In this document: piece after piece, positions 13,943 to 23,769 of the stretch
How positions within the stretch are numbered: the first letter of the stretch is position 1
How the letters are laid out: every line of letters starts with the position of its first letter
Assembly: GCA_026419405.1 (NCBI GenBank)
Contig: JANZZL010000005.1
Coordinates: 6,689-70,688, forward strand
Length of the DNA stretch: 64,000 nt
DNA from: Paracoccaceae bacterium
GTDB lineage: Bacteria; Pseudomonadota; Alphaproteobacteria; Rhodobacterales; Rhodobacteraceae
Reading direction: 5' to 3'
Made by a program: the position numbers and the translations under genes
Notes under the pieces: model-generated
The model's input: the letters and a program-made list of their open reading frames with translations, nothing else
What the model was told of the DNA's origin: nothing
Database searches by the model: none

Positions 13943-15025
13943 ATGATCCGGCTGGAGAAGCGGCCCTCGCCTTCGCAGGGCTGGACGGCGGCGACGCCGC
14001 TGCTGGCCGTGGCGCTGACGATGCTGGCCGGGGGCGCGATGTTCGCCCTGCTCGGCAAGGACCCCCTGGCCGCGATCCGCACGATCTTCTGGGACCCCCT
14101 GTTCGGCGAGTTCGCCTGGTATTTCCGCGGCCAGCTTCTGGTCAAGGGCGGTCCGCTGATCCTGATCGCGATCGGGCTTTCGCTGGGCTTCCGGGCGGGG
14201 ATCTGGAACATCGGCGCCGAGGGTCAGTACATCATGGGTGCGCTCGCCGGCGCGGGCCTGGGGCTGGCGCTCTACCCCGACGCGGGGCGCTGGGTGTTCC
14301 CGCTGATGGTGGCGGCGGGCGCGGCGGGCGGCTGGGCCTGGGCGATGATCCCGGCGATCCTGAAGGTGCGGTTCCGCACCAACGAGATCCTGGTCTCGCT
14401 GCTGCTGGTCTATGTCGCGCAGAACCTGCTCGCCTCGGCCGCGCTCGGCTGGCTCAGGAACCCCGAGGGCGCGGGCTTTCCCGGCAGCCGGAACCTGTCG
14501 CAGTGGCCGGCGGCGGCGAACCCCGAGCTGATCCCCGGCACGGGGATGCACTGGGGCGTGGTGGCCGCGTTCCTGGCGGTGATCGGGGCCCATGTGCTGC
14601 TCTCGCGCCATCAGCTCGGCTATCACATCCGCCTCGCCGGGCAGGCGCCGCGGGCGGCGCGCTTCGCCGGCGTGAGTCCGGGGCGGCTGACGGTGTTCTG
14701 CATGGGCGTCTCCGGGGCGCTGGCCGGGATGGCGGGGCTCTTCGAGGTGACCGGGCCGGCCGGGCAGATCAGCATCGACTTCGCCTCGGGCTACGGCTTC
14801 ACGGCGATCATCGTGGCCTTCCTCGGGCGGCTCCACCCGGTCGGCATCCTGCTTGCGGGGCTGCTGATGGCGCTGACCTACGTCGGCGGCGACAACGCCG
14901 CGACGAACCTCGGGCTTCCCGCGGCGGCGATCCAGGCCTTCCAGGGGATGCTGCTGTTCTTCCTGCTCTCGGTGGACGTGCTGACCAACTACCGCATCCG
15001 CTTCGGCCGGAGGGAGATCGCCTGA
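13943..15025 (+). CDS. ABC transporter permease (BMP-type system)
   Basis: Hydrophobic multi-pass ORF. ATG at 13943 (MIRLEKRP) is preferred over the TTG at 13937. Preceded by a GGGAGG Shine-Dalgarno sequence just after repeat copy B. Confidence 0.85.
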   Translation: MIRLEKRPSPSQGWTAATPLLAVALTMLAGGAMFALLGKDPLAAIRTIFWDPLFGEFAWYFRGQLLVKGGPLILIAIGLSLGFRAGIWNIGAEGQYIMGALAGAGLGLALYPDAGRWVFPLMVAAGAAGGWAWAMIPAILKVRFRTNEILVSLLLVYVAQNLLASAALGWLRNPEGAGFPGSRNLSQWPAAANPELIPGTGMHWGVVAAFLAVIGAHVLLSRHQLGYHIRLAGQAPRAARFAGVSPGRLTVFCMGVSGALAGMAGLFEVTGPAGQISIDFASGYGFTAIIVAFLGRLHPVGILLAGLLMALTYVGGDNAATNLGLPAAAIQAFQGMLLFFLLSVDVLTNYRIRFGRREIA

Positions 15026-15960
15026 TGGACGCGCTTGTCTCGATCAACTGGGTGCTGCTCGCCGCCTCGCTGATGGTGGCGGCGACGCCGATCCTGCTGG
15101 CGGCCACGGGCGAGCTCGTGGTCGAGAGGGCGGGGGTGCTGAACCTCGGGGTCGAGGGAATGATGATCCTCGGCGCGATTTCGGGCTTCGCCGTGGGGGT
15201 GCGGACCGGCGCGCCGATCCTCGGCTTCGCGGCGGCGGCGCTCGCCGGGGCGGCGCTGTCGCTGCTGTTCGGCCTGCTCACCCAGATCCTCCTGTCGAAC
15301 CAGGTGGCCACGGGGCTTGCGCTCACCCTCTTCGGGCTCGGCCTCTCGGCGCTGCTCGGGCAGGGCTATGTCGGCATCAAGACGCCGGTGCTGGCCGACT
15401 GGAACGTGCCCGTGCTGTCCGACATCCCCGTGATCGGGCCGGTCCTGTTCCGGCACGACCCGATCCTCTACCTCTCGCTGCTGCTCGTCGCCGGGGTCTG
15501 GGCCTTCCTGCGCCACACCCGGGCCGGCCTCATCCTGCGCGCGGTGGGCGAGAGCCACGACGCGGCGCATGCGCTCGGCTACCGGGTGGTGGCCATCCGC
15601 CTTGCCGCCATCGCCTTCGGCGGGGCGCTGGCCGGGATGGGCGGGGCCTACATCAGCCTCGTGCGCGTGCCGCAGTGGACGGAAGGCATGACCGCCGGGG
15701 CGGGCTGGATCGCGCTGGCGATCGTGGTCTTCGCCTCGTGGAAGCCCTGGCGGGTGTTGCTCGGAGCCTATCTGTTCGGCGGCATCGCCGTGCTCCAGCT
15801 CAACCTGCAGGCCGCCGGGCTGAAGGTGCCCGTCGAAATCTTGTCGATGTCCCCGTATCTGGTAACGATCCTGGTGCTGGTCATCATCTCGTCCGACCGC
15901 TCGCGGGCGGCGCTGAGCGCCCCCGCCGCGCTCGGGCGCACATTCCACGCCTCGAGCTAG
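15025..15960 (+). CDS. ABC transporter permease (BMP-type system, second subunit)
   Basis: TGATG overlap with the previous permease. 311-aa hydrophobic protein (MDALVSINWVLLAAS..). Confidence 0.85.
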   Translation: MDALVSINWVLLAASLMVAATPILLAATGELVVERAGVLNLGVEGMMILGAISGFAVGVRTGAPILGFAAAALAGAALSLLFGLLTQILLSNQVATGLALTLFGLGLSALLGQGYVGIKTPVLADWNVPVLSDIPVIGPVLFRHDPILYLSLLLVAGVWAFLRHTRAGLILRAVGESHDAAHALGYRVVAIRLAAIAFGGALAGMGGAYISLVRVPQWTEGMTAGAGWIALAIVVFASWKPWRVLLGAYLFGGIAVLQLNLQAAGLKVPVEILSMSPYLVTILVLVIISSDRSRAALSAPAALGRTFHASS

Positions 15961-16012
15961 GGGCGCCACACGCGGCCGGGCACCGACCCGGCGGAAACAG
16001 GGAGAACCAAGG

Positions 16013-17095
16013 ATGAAGCGAAGAACCCTTCTTGCCACCGGTGCCGGCGCCGCCGCGGCCGCCGCGCTGGGCCTGCCCGCCCGGGCGCAGGACAAGCTCA
16101 AGGTCGGCTTCGTCTACGTCGGCCCGATCGGCGACGGCGGCTGGACCTACCAGCACGACCAGGGGCGCCTCGCCGTGCTGGAGGCCTACGGCGACCGGGT
16201 GGAGACCGTCTACCAGGAGAGCGTTCCCGAGGGCGCCGATGCCGAGCGGGTGCTGACGCAGATGGCGCTGGGCGGCGCGGGGCTGATCTTCACCACCTCG
16301 TTCGGCTACATGGACGCCACGATCAACGTCGCCTCCAAGTTCCCGAACGTGAAGTTCGAGCACGCGACCGGCTACAAGCGGGCCGAGAACGTGGCCACCT
16401 ACGACGCCCGCTTCTACGAGGGCCGCGCGGTGATCGGCACGATCGCGGGCCGGATGACGAAGTCGAACAAGATCGGCTACATCGCTTCGTTCCCGATCCC
16501 CGAGGTGATCCAGGGCATCAACTCCTACTTCCTGCACGCCCGCAAGGTGAACCCGGCGGTGGAACTGACGGTGGTCTGGGCCTACACCTGGTTCGACCCC
16601 GCCAAGGAGGCCGACGCCGCCAAGGCGATGCTGGAACAGGGCGTGGACGTGATCGCCCAGCACACCGACTCGACCGCGCCGCTTGCCGAGATGGCCAAGA
16701 CCCCCGGCGTGATCGGCTTCGGCCAGGCCTCGGACATGTCCGCCTTCAAGCCCACCCCGCGCGTCGCCTCGATCATCGACAACTGGGCGCCCTACTACGT
16801 CAAGCGCGTCGGCGCGGTGCTGGACGGCACCTGGACCTCGACCCACACCTGGGGCGGCATGAAGGACGGCGAGGTGGTGATCGGCGAGATCACCGAGGCG
16901 GTGCCCGAGGAGGTGCGCGCCGAGGCGCAGGCGATGATCGAGGCGATCACCGCCGGCAGCTACCACCCCTTCACCGGGCCGATCAACAAGCAGGACGGGT
17001 CGGTGTTCCTGGCCGAGGGCGAGGTGGCGACCGACGAGCAGCTCATGTCGATGAACTTCTTCGTCGAGGGCATCAAGGGCGACATCCCGAGCTGA
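16013..17095 (+). CDS. BMP family ABC transporter substrate-binding protein (purine/nucleoside-type)
   Basis: 360 aa. Tat/Sec-like signal (MKRRTLLATGAGAAAAAALGLPARA). BMP/PnrA-like body (KVGFVYVGPIGDGGWTYQHD). Confidence 0.9.
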   Translation: MKRRTLLATGAGAAAAAALGLPARAQDKLKVGFVYVGPIGDGGWTYQHDQGRLAVLEAYGDRVETVYQESVPEGADAERVLTQMALGGAGLIFTTSFGYMDATINVASKFPNVKFEHATGYKRAENVATYDARFYEGRAVIGTIAGRMTKSNKIGYIASFPIPEVIQGINSYFLHARKVNPAVELTVVWAYTWFDPAKEADAAKAMLEQGVDVIAQHTDSTAPLAEMAKTPGVIGFGQASDMSAFKPTPRVASIIDNWAPYYVKRVGAVLDGTWTSTHTWGGMKDGEVVIGEITEAVPEEVRAEAQAMIEAITAGSYHPFTGPINKQDGSVFLAEGEVATDEQLMSMNFFVEGIKGDIPS

Positions 17096-17118
17096 CCCGA
17101 CCCGGCGGGCAGGGTCCG

Positions 17119-17147
17119 GGAAGGGGCCCCGCGCGCGGGCCCCTTCC
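17119..17147 (+). terminator. GC-rich hairpin downstream of the BMP SBP gene
   Basis: Perfect 11-bp stem GGAAGGGGCCC / GGGCCCCTTCC with a 7-nt loop, 24 nt after the stop. No T-tract follows. Confidence 0.5.
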
Positions 17148-17196
17148 GCCTCGCGCGGGCCCTTGACGCGGCCGGCGGCGCCGGCTTGGTTCCGGC

Positions 17197-17298
17197 CCGG
17201 CGCGGCACGGTGGTGCCCGGCAGGGACCGGCGCGGCACGGTGGCGGCGCGGCACGGACCGGCACCGTGGCGGCGCCGGCAGGAGAAGGGACGGCACGG
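17197..17298 (+). promoter_or_regulatory. Direct-repeat cluster (CGGCACGG x4) upstream of the FAD oxidoreductase gene
   Basis: CCGGCGCGGCACGGTGG occurs at 17197-17213 and 17227-17243. The CGGCACGG core also occurs at 17249 and 17291. Function unknown. Confidence 0.3.
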
Positions 17299-18365
17299 TG
17301 CGGGACTTCCTGATCATCGGCGGCGGGATCGCCGGGGTCTCGGCGGCGGCGCGGCTGGCGCCGCTCGGCGCGGTCACGCTGACCGAGGCGGAGGACCACC
17401 TTGCCTACCACGCCTCGGGCCGGTCGGCGGCGCTGTTCGAGGAAAGCTACGGCAAGCCCGCGACCATCGCGCTCAACCGCGCGAGCCGGGCCTGGCACGA
17501 GGCCGCGGGGGTGCTGAGCCCGCGGGGGCTGATGGTCGTGGCCGATGCGGCGGGGCGCGAGGCCGCCGAGGCCGACGCCGCCGCGATGGGGCTGACCCCG
17601 CTCGCCCCCGAGGAGGCGCGCGCGCTGGTGCCGATCCTGAACGACCGGCTCGCCTGGGCCGCCCATTCGCCGGCGGCGCAGGACATCGACACCGACCGCC
17701 TGGTGCAGGGCTTCGCCCGCGAGGCGCGCGCGCATGGCGGCGAGATCCTGACCGGCGCGCGGGCGGAGCGGATCGTGCGGACCCCGCGGGGCTGGGCGGT
17801 CGCCACGCCGAAGGGCGAGATCGAGGCGCGGCTTCTCGTCAACGCGGCGGGCGCCTGGGTGGACGAGATCGCGCGCATGGCCGGGATCGCGCCGCTCGGC
17901 TTCGTGCCGATGCGCCGCTCGATGGCGCGGATCGCCGCGCCGGGAGGGCACGACCTGCGCGCCTGGCCGATGCTCTTCGGCCCCGGCGAGAGCTGGTATG
18001 CCAAGCCCGACGCGGGGGCGCTGCTGGTCTCGCCGGCCGAGGAGGACCCCGCCGAGCCGCACGATGCCTGGGCCGACGACATGGTTCTGGCCGAGGGCCT
18101 CGCCCGCTACGAGGCGATGGTGACCGAGCCCGTCACCCGGCCGATCGCGACCTGGGCGGGGCTGAGGACCTTCGCCCCCGACCGGGTGCTGGTGATCGGC
18201 TTCGCGCCGCAGGACCCGGCCTTCTTCTGGCTCGGCGGACAGGGCGGCTACGGCATGCAGTCCTCGCCCGCCGCCTCGCGCCTGGCCGCCGACCTGATCG
18301 GCGGCAGGCCGCCCGAGCTCGACGCGGCCACCGTCGCGGCGCTTTCGCCGGCGCGCTTCGGCTGA
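17298..18365 (+). CDS. FAD-dependent oxidoreductase (DAO family)
   Basis: GTG at 17298 gives [17 protein letters not shown] (dinucleotide-binding GxGxxG at the N-terminus). The track start at 17163 runs through repetitive non-coding-looking sequence. Confidence 0.75.
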   Translation: MRDFLIIGGGIAGVSAAARLAPLGAVTLTEAEDHLAYHASGRSAALFEESYGKPATIALNRASRAWHEAAGVLSPRGLMVVADAAGREAAEADAAAMGLTPLAPEEARALVPILNDRLAWAAHSPAAQDIDTDRLVQGFAREARAHGGEILTGARAERIVRTPRGWAVATPKGEIEARLLVNAAGAWVDEIARMAGIAPLGFVPMRRSMARIAAPGGHDLRAWPMLFGPGESWYAKPDAGALLVSPAEEDPAEPHDAWADDMVLAEGLARYEAMVTEPVTRPIATWAGLRTFAPDRVLVIGFAPQDPAFFWLGGQGGYGMQSSPAASRLAADLIGGRPPELDAATVAALSPARFG

Positions 18366-18437
18366 GCTTTGCGGGTGACAGGCGCGGCGGCGGGTGGCAT
18401 GATTCGGGCCGAGCAGCAGACCGGACCACGGCCCCCG

Positions 18438-19250
18438 ATGACCCACCTGCCCCGCCGCGCGGCGCTTGCCCTCCTTGCCGGCTCGCTCGCCGCGGCCTGT
18501 GGCGGCGCCCCGCGGGAGCGCCTCTCGCAGGCCACGGCCCCCGCGCCGCTCGAGCTGCGCCCGCCGCGGTTCGGCGACGCGAAGCCCGTGGCCTGGACCG
18601 GACGGCCGCCCTCGGCCTACCCGGTGCACGGGATCGACGTCTCGCGCTACCAGCTCGACATCGACTGGGTGGCGGCGCGCGACGCCGGGGTGAGCTTCGC
18701 CTTCCTCAAGGCCACCGAGGGCGGGGACCGCGTGGACCCCTACTTCGAGCGCAACTGGCGCGAGGCGCGCCGCGCCGGCGTGCCGGTCGGCGCCTATCAC
18801 TTCTACTACCACTGCCGCGAACCCGAGGAGCAGGCGCGCTGGTTCATCCGCCACGTGCCGCGGGCGGCCGGCGCGCTTCCCCCGGTGCTCGACATCGAGT
18901 GGACGCCGTTCTCGCCCACCTGCACCATCCGCCCGCCCGCGGCCGAGGTGCGCGCGAAGGCGCAGCGCTATCTCGGGATCGTCGAACGCCACTACGGCCA
19001 GGCCGCGATCCTCTATTCCGCGCCCGACTTCTGGACCGACAACGAGATGTGGCGCCTGCCGGGCAACCACGAGTTCTGGCTGCGCTCGGTCACCCGGCAC
19101 CCGTCCGAGCGCTACGGCGGCCAGCACTGGACCTTCTGGCAGTATACCGGAACCGGGCTCGTGCCCGGCATTGCCACCCAGACCGACATCAACGTCTTCG
19201 CCGGCTCGGCGGCCGAGTTCCGCGCCTGGCTGGCGCGGCGGACGGCCTGA
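18438..19250 (+). CDS. Glycoside hydrolase family 25 (lysozyme/muramidase) lipoprotein
   Basis: ATG at 18438 gives [21 protein letters not shown] (lipobox). [22 protein letters not shown] and GAYHFY are GH25 hallmarks. Confidence 0.8.
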   Translation: MTHLPRRAALALLAGSLAAACGGAPRERLSQATAPAPLELRPPRFGDAKPVAWTGRPPSAYPVHGIDVSRYQLDIDWVAARDAGVSFAFLKATEGGDRVDPYFERNWREARRAGVPVGAYHFYYHCREPEEQARWFIRHVPRAAGALPPVLDIEWTPFSPTCTIRPPAAEVRAKAQRYLGIVERHYGQAAILYSAPDFWTDNEMWRLPGNHEFWLRSVTRHPSERYGGQHWTFWQYTGTGLVPGIATQTDINVFAGSAAEFRAWLARRTA

Positions 19251-19438
19251 GCCCGGAGCCGGGGCGCGCGCCGGGGGGCGGCGAGGATCGCGGCGGTCCA
19301 AAGGGCGCCGCCGCGGCGCGCGGCGCACGGCGCGGGGGGGGGCGCCCGGACCCTCCTGCCCCTCCTGGCCGTCTTGCCTTGGCCGCGGCCTGCGCCATAC
19401 TGCCGGGCGAGCCGAAGACGTCCAACAGGGGAACACCG

Positions 19439-20224
19439 ATGAAAGCTGCCCTCGCCCTCGCCGCCGCCCTCGCGGCGACCGCCACCCTTGCCGCCGCGCA
19501 GGACCTGCCCGACCTCGGCGGCCGCGAGGTCGTCGTGGTGACCGAGAACGCCTACCCGCCGCTTCAGTTCCTCGATGCCTCGGGCAACGCGATCGGCTGG
19601 GAATACGACGCGATGGCCGAGATCGCGAAGCGGCTCAACATCACCGTGAAGTACGAGAACATCAGCTGGGACGCGATGATCGCCGCCGTCTCGGAGGGCC
19701 AGTACGACATGGGGATGACCGGCATCACCATCCGCGACGACCGCAAGGAGCAGGTGGACTTCTCGGATCCCTACATGCGCTCGGAGATGGTGATGATGGT
19801 GCGCGGCGACGAGGACCGCTTCACCGACGCGGCCTCCTTCGCCGCCAACCCCGACCTGCTGATGGCCGCCCAGCCCGGCACCACGCCGTTCTACGTGGGC
19901 GTCTACGAGGTGCTCGACGGCAACGAGGCCAATCCGCGCATCAAGCTGTTCGAGACCTTCGGCGCGGGCGTCGAGGCGCTGAAGGCGGGCGACGTGGATC
20001 TGGTGCTGACCGACGGCACCGCCGGCAAGGGCTATGTCGAGGCCTCGAACGGCGGGCTCAAGATCATCGGCGAGCCGCTCGGCACCGAGGACTTCGGCTT
20101 CATCTTCCCCAAGGGCTCGGACCTCGTGGAACCGATCAACGCCGCGATCGCCTCGCTCAGGGCCGACGGCACGCTGGACGCGCTGAACACCAAGTGGTTC
20201 CTCGACTACAAGATGGGCCAGTAG
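19439..20224 (+). CDS. Polar amino acid ABC transporter substrate-binding protein (family 3)
   Basis: Signal peptide [20 protein letters not shown], then the SBP_bac_3-like body (ENAYPPLQF.., [21 protein letters not shown]). Confidence 0.85.
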   Translation: MKAALALAAALAATATLAAAQDLPDLGGREVVVVTENAYPPLQFLDASGNAIGWEYDAMAEIAKRLNITVKYENISWDAMIAAVSEGQYDMGMTGITIRDDRKEQVDFSDPYMRSEMVMMVRGDEDRFTDAASFAANPDLLMAAQPGTTPFYVGVYEVLDGNEANPRIKLFETFGAGVEALKAGDVDLVLTDGTAGKGYVEASNGGLKIIGEPLGTEDFGFIFPKGSDLVEPINAAIASLRADGTLDALNTKWFLDYKMGQ

Positions 20225-20264
20225 CCGCCCCCGGCCCCGGCTGCGGCCGGGGCCGCACCCTCCG

Positions 20265-21056
20265 ATGACGCCCGCCCCCGACAAGGACTTTCCCTGGTGG
20301 CTCGTGGTCCTCGCCGGGATCGGCGCCTGGCTGTTCTGGAACGTCCTGTCGAACCCGGTCTACGCCGATGTGCTGGCCAAGCTGGCGCTCGGCATCCGCA
20401 TCACGCTGTTCGTGACCGTGGTCGCCTTCTCGCTCGCCTCGGCGCTGGGGCTGCTGCTCGCGGTGATGTCGCTCTCGCGCCGTCTGGTGGTGCGGCAGGC
20501 GGCGCGGTTCTACATCGAGGTGATCCGCGGCATCCCGATCATCGTGCTGCTGCTCTACGTCGCCTTCGTCTTCGCGCCCCTTGCCGTGGCGGGCGTGAAC
20601 GCGGTGCTGGGGTGGATCGGCGCCGAGCCGGTCCGGCCGCGCGACTTCTCGCTGCTCTGGCGCGCGATCATCGCGCTGACCATCGCCTATTCGGCCTTCA
20701 TCGCCGAGGTGTTCCGCGCCGGGCTGCAGTCGGTGGACAAGGGCCAGACCGAGGCGGCGCAGTCGCTGGGCCTGAGCCGCTGGCAGACCTTCCGCCACGT
20801 CGTCTTCCCGCAGGCCTTCCGGGTGATCCTGCCGCCGCTCGGCAACGACTTCGTGGCGATGGTGAAGGATTCCTCGCTGGTCAGCGTGCTGGGCGTGACC
20901 GACATCACCCAGCTCGGCAAGGTGATCGCGGCGGGCAACTTCCGCTACTTCGAGACCTACAACGTGGTTGCCCTGCTCTATCTCTCGATGACGGTCACGC
21001 TGTCGCTGCTGCTGCGGCGTCTGGAGCAGCGCCTGAGGCGGCAGGAGGCGCGGTGA
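20265..21056 (+). CDS. Polar amino acid ABC transporter permease (His/Glu/Gln/Arg/opine family)
   Basis: 263 aa. Has the EAA-loop region (GQTEAAQSLGLSRWQTFRHVVFPQAFRVILPPLGN). Confidence 0.85.
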   Translation: MTPAPDKDFPWWLVVLAGIGAWLFWNVLSNPVYADVLAKLALGIRITLFVTVVAFSLASALGLLLAVMSLSRRLVVRQAARFYIEVIRGIPIIVLLLYVAFVFAPLAVAGVNAVLGWIGAEPVRPRDFSLLWRAIIALTIAYSAFIAEVFRAGLQSVDKGQTEAAQSLGLSRWQTFRHVVFPQAFRVILPPLGNDFVAMVKDSSLVSVLGVTDITQLGKVIAAGNFRYFETYNVVALLYLSMTVTLSLLLRRLEQRLRRQEAR

Positions 21057-21119
21057 GGGGGGAGCGAGGGGTTTCGCACCCCTCGCGCTCCCCGCGGCGT
21101 ATTTGCAACAAGAGGAAGG
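21057..21119 (+). repeat. Repeat family copy C (amino-acid permease | dcp junction)
   Basis: ggggggagcgaggggtttcgcacccctcgcgctccccgcggcgtatttgcaacaagaggaagg. Starts immediately after the permease TGA. Confidence 0.8.
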
Positions 21120-21174
21120 GGGAGGCTGGACCAGGGCGCCGGGGCGGCCTAACCAGGGCGCGGAGGAGCGCCCG

Positions 21175-23202
21175 ATGACCAACCCCCTGCTCGAGCCATG
21201 GACTGCGGCCTTCGGCCTTCCCCCCTTCGCCGGGATCCGGGATGACCATTTCGCGCCTGCCTTCGAGGCGGCGCTGGCCGCGGCGCGGGCCGAGGTGGAC
21301 CGCATCGCCGGGCAGGCCGAGCCGCCGACCTTCGCGAATACCATCGCCGCGCTGGAACTGGCCGAGGCCGGGCTCGACCGGGTTTCGGGGGTGTTCTTCG
21401 CGCTGGCCTCGGCCGATGCGACCGAGGCACGCGAGGCGCTGATGCGCGCGCTTGCCCCGCGGCTGGCGGCCTTCTCCGCGGAGGTCACCATGAACCGCGC
21501 GCTCTGGGCGCGCATCCGCGACCTCTGGGAGCGGCGCGAGGGGCTCGGGCTGACCGCCGAGGAGGCGCGGGTTCTGGAGCTCTACCGCCGGATGTTCCTG
21601 CGCGCCGGGGCCGGACTCGAGGGGGCGGCGGCCGAGCGGCTGAAGGCCGTGCAGGAGCGGCTGGCCGTGCTCGGCACGCGCTTCGCCCAGAACCTGCTGG
21701 CCGACGAGCGCGCCTGGGCGATGCCGCTGGCCGGGGCCGATCTGGAGGGGCTGCCGGCCTTCCTGGTGGCGGGTCTGGGCGCCGCGGCGGCCGAGCGCGG
21801 GCAGACGGGCCATGTGCTGACGCTCGCCCGGTCGCTGATCGTGCCGTTCCTGCAGTTCTCGCCGCGGCGCGACCTGCGCGAGGCGGCCTTCCGGGCCTGG
21901 GCGGCGCGCGGCGCGAACGGCGGCGAGACCGACAACCGCGCCATCGCCGCCGAGATCCTGAAGCTGCGCGAGGAGCGGGCGCGGCTGCTCGGCTACCCCT
22001 CATTCGCGGCCTGGAAGCTCGAGACCGAGATGGCCCGCACCCCCGAGGCGGTGCGCGCGCTGCTGATGGCGGTCTGGGGGCCGGCGAAGGCGCGCGCCGA
22101 GGCCGATGCCGCGGTGCTGACCGCGATGCTGCGGCAGGACGGGATCAACGGCCCGCTCGAGCCCTGGGACTGGCGCTACTACGCCGAGCGCCGCCGCCGG
22201 GCCGACTTCGCGATCGACGAGGCCGAGGTGAAACCCTACCTCCAGCTCGACGCGATGATCGGGGCGGCCTTCGACTGCGCGGGGCGGCTCTTCGGGCTCG
22301 AGTTCCGCCCGCTCGACGTCGCGCTCTACCATCCGGATGCCCGCGCCTGGGAGGTGACGCGCAACGGCCGCCACATGGCGGTGTTCATCGGCGACTGGCT
22401 CGCGCGGCCCTCGAAGCGGTCGGGCGCCTGGTGCACGGCGATGCGCGGGCAGCGCAAGCTGGGCGGCGAGGTGCGGCCGATCGTCCTCAACGTCTGCAAC
22501 TTCGCCCGGCCGCCGGCGGGGGAGCCCTGCCTGCTGAGCTACGACGACGCGCGGACGCTGTTCCACGAGTTCGGCCATGCGCTGCACCAGATGCTGAGCG
22601 ACGTGACCTTCGGCCTGATCTCGGGCACCAATGTCGCGCGCGACTTCGTGGAGCTGCCGAGCCAGCTCTTCGAGCACTGGCTGGAGGTGCCCGAGGTGCT
22701 GGAGCGGCATGCCCGCCACGCCGCCACCGGCGAGGCGATGCCGGGCGACCTGCGCGAGCGGATGCTGGCGGCGCGGAACGCCGACACCGGCCACGCGACG
22801 GTGGAATACCTCGCCTCGGCGCTCGTGGACCTCGCCTTCCACGAGGGGGCCGCGCCCGAGGACCCGATGGCCCTCGAGGCCGAGGTGCTGGCCGCGATCG
22901 GCGCGCCCGGGGCGATCCCGATGCGGCACGCGACCCCGCATTTCGCCCATGTCTTCGCGGGCGACGGCTATGCGGCGGGCTACTACAGCTACATGTGGTC
23001 CGAGGTCATGGACGCCGATGCCTTCGCCGCCTTCGAGGAGGCCGGGGGGCCGTTCGACCCCGAGGTGGCCGCGCGGCTCGAGCGGCACATCCTCTCGGCC
23101 GGCGCCTCGCAGGAGGCGGAGGCGCTCTATCTGGCGTTCCGCGGCCGGATGCCGGGGGTGGAGGCGCTGCTCAGGGCCCGGGGGCTGGCCGACGCGGCCT
23201 GA
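21175..23202 (+). CDS. dcp: M3 family peptidyl-dipeptidase
   Basis: ATG at 21175 (MTNPLLEPW). 675 aa. HEFGHALH zinc motif with M3-type flanks. Confidence 0.9.
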   Translation: MTNPLLEPWTAAFGLPPFAGIRDDHFAPAFEAALAAARAEVDRIAGQAEPPTFANTIAALELAEAGLDRVSGVFFALASADATEAREALMRALAPRLAAFSAEVTMNRALWARIRDLWERREGLGLTAEEARVLELYRRMFLRAGAGLEGAAAERLKAVQERLAVLGTRFAQNLLADERAWAMPLAGADLEGLPAFLVAGLGAAAAERGQTGHVLTLARSLIVPFLQFSPRRDLREAAFRAWAARGANGGETDNRAIAAEILKLREERARLLGYPSFAAWKLETEMARTPEAVRALLMAVWGPAKARAEADAAVLTAMLRQDGINGPLEPWDWRYYAERRRRADFAIDEAEVKPYLQLDAMIGAAFDCAGRLFGLEFRPLDVALYHPDARAWEVTRNGRHMAVFIGDWLARPSKRSGAWCTAMRGQRKLGGEVRPIVLNVCNFARPPAGEPCLLSYDDARTLFHEFGHALHQMLSDVTFGLISGTNVARDFVELPSQLFEHWLEVPEVLERHARHAATGEAMPGDLRERMLAARNADTGHATVEYLASALVDLAFHEGAAPEDPMALEAEVLAAIGAPGAIPMRHATPHFAHVFAGDGYAAGYYSYMWSEVMDADAFAAFEEAGGPFDPEVAARLERHILSAGASQEAEALYLAFRGRMPGVEALLRARGLADAA

Positions 23203-23237
23203 GCGATCCGCCCCGCCGCGCGGCACGTAGAAGGGCC

Positions 23238-23765
23238 ATGACCCTGACACGCCGCTCCGCCCTGGCGCTCGCCGCCGCCCTGCCGCTCGCCGCCTGCGCG
23301 GCCGCGCCGCCCTCGCCCGCGCGCGCCCTGCCGATCACGCTGGTCGAGGCCTTCCGCGGCCGCACCCGCGGCGCGGGCCTGTTCCGCGCGCCGCTCGCCG
23401 GGATCGAGCGGCGCTTTACCGCCCGCCTCGACGGGCGGCTGCGCGGCGATACGCTGACCGTCGTGGAGGACTTCGTCTACGACGACGGGCAGCAGGACCG
23501 CCTGACCTGGGTCTTCCGGCGGACCGGCGAGGGAACGTGGGACGGCCGGCGCGAGGATACCGTCGGCACTGCGAAGGTGGTCGAGGACGGCCGCGAGATC
23601 CGCCTGAGCTACCTGGCCGACTTCCGCTCGACCTCGGGCGTCACCCGGCTGGGCTTCGCCGACGTGATCTGGCGCCCCGCGCCGGGCCTCGTGATCAACG
23701 ACGCCGTCGTCACCCGCTGGGGCCTGCGGGTCGGCACCGTCCGCTTCGAGCTGCGCCGCGCCTGA
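23238..23765 (+). CDS. DUF3833-like lipoprotein
   Basis: 175 aa. Lipobox LPLAAC. Body (FRGRTRGAGLF..RFTARLDG..LTVVEDFVYDDGQQDRLTWVF) resembles DUF3833 from memory. Confidence 0.6.
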   Translation: MTLTRRSALALAAALPLAACAAAPPSPARALPITLVEAFRGRTRGAGLFRAPLAGIERRFTARLDGRLRGDTLTVVEDFVYDDGQQDRLTWVFRRTGEGTWDGRREDTVGTAKVVEDGREIRLSYLADFRSTSGVTRLGFADVIWRPAPGLVINDAVVTRWGLRVGTVRFELRRA

Positions 23766-23769
23766 GGCG

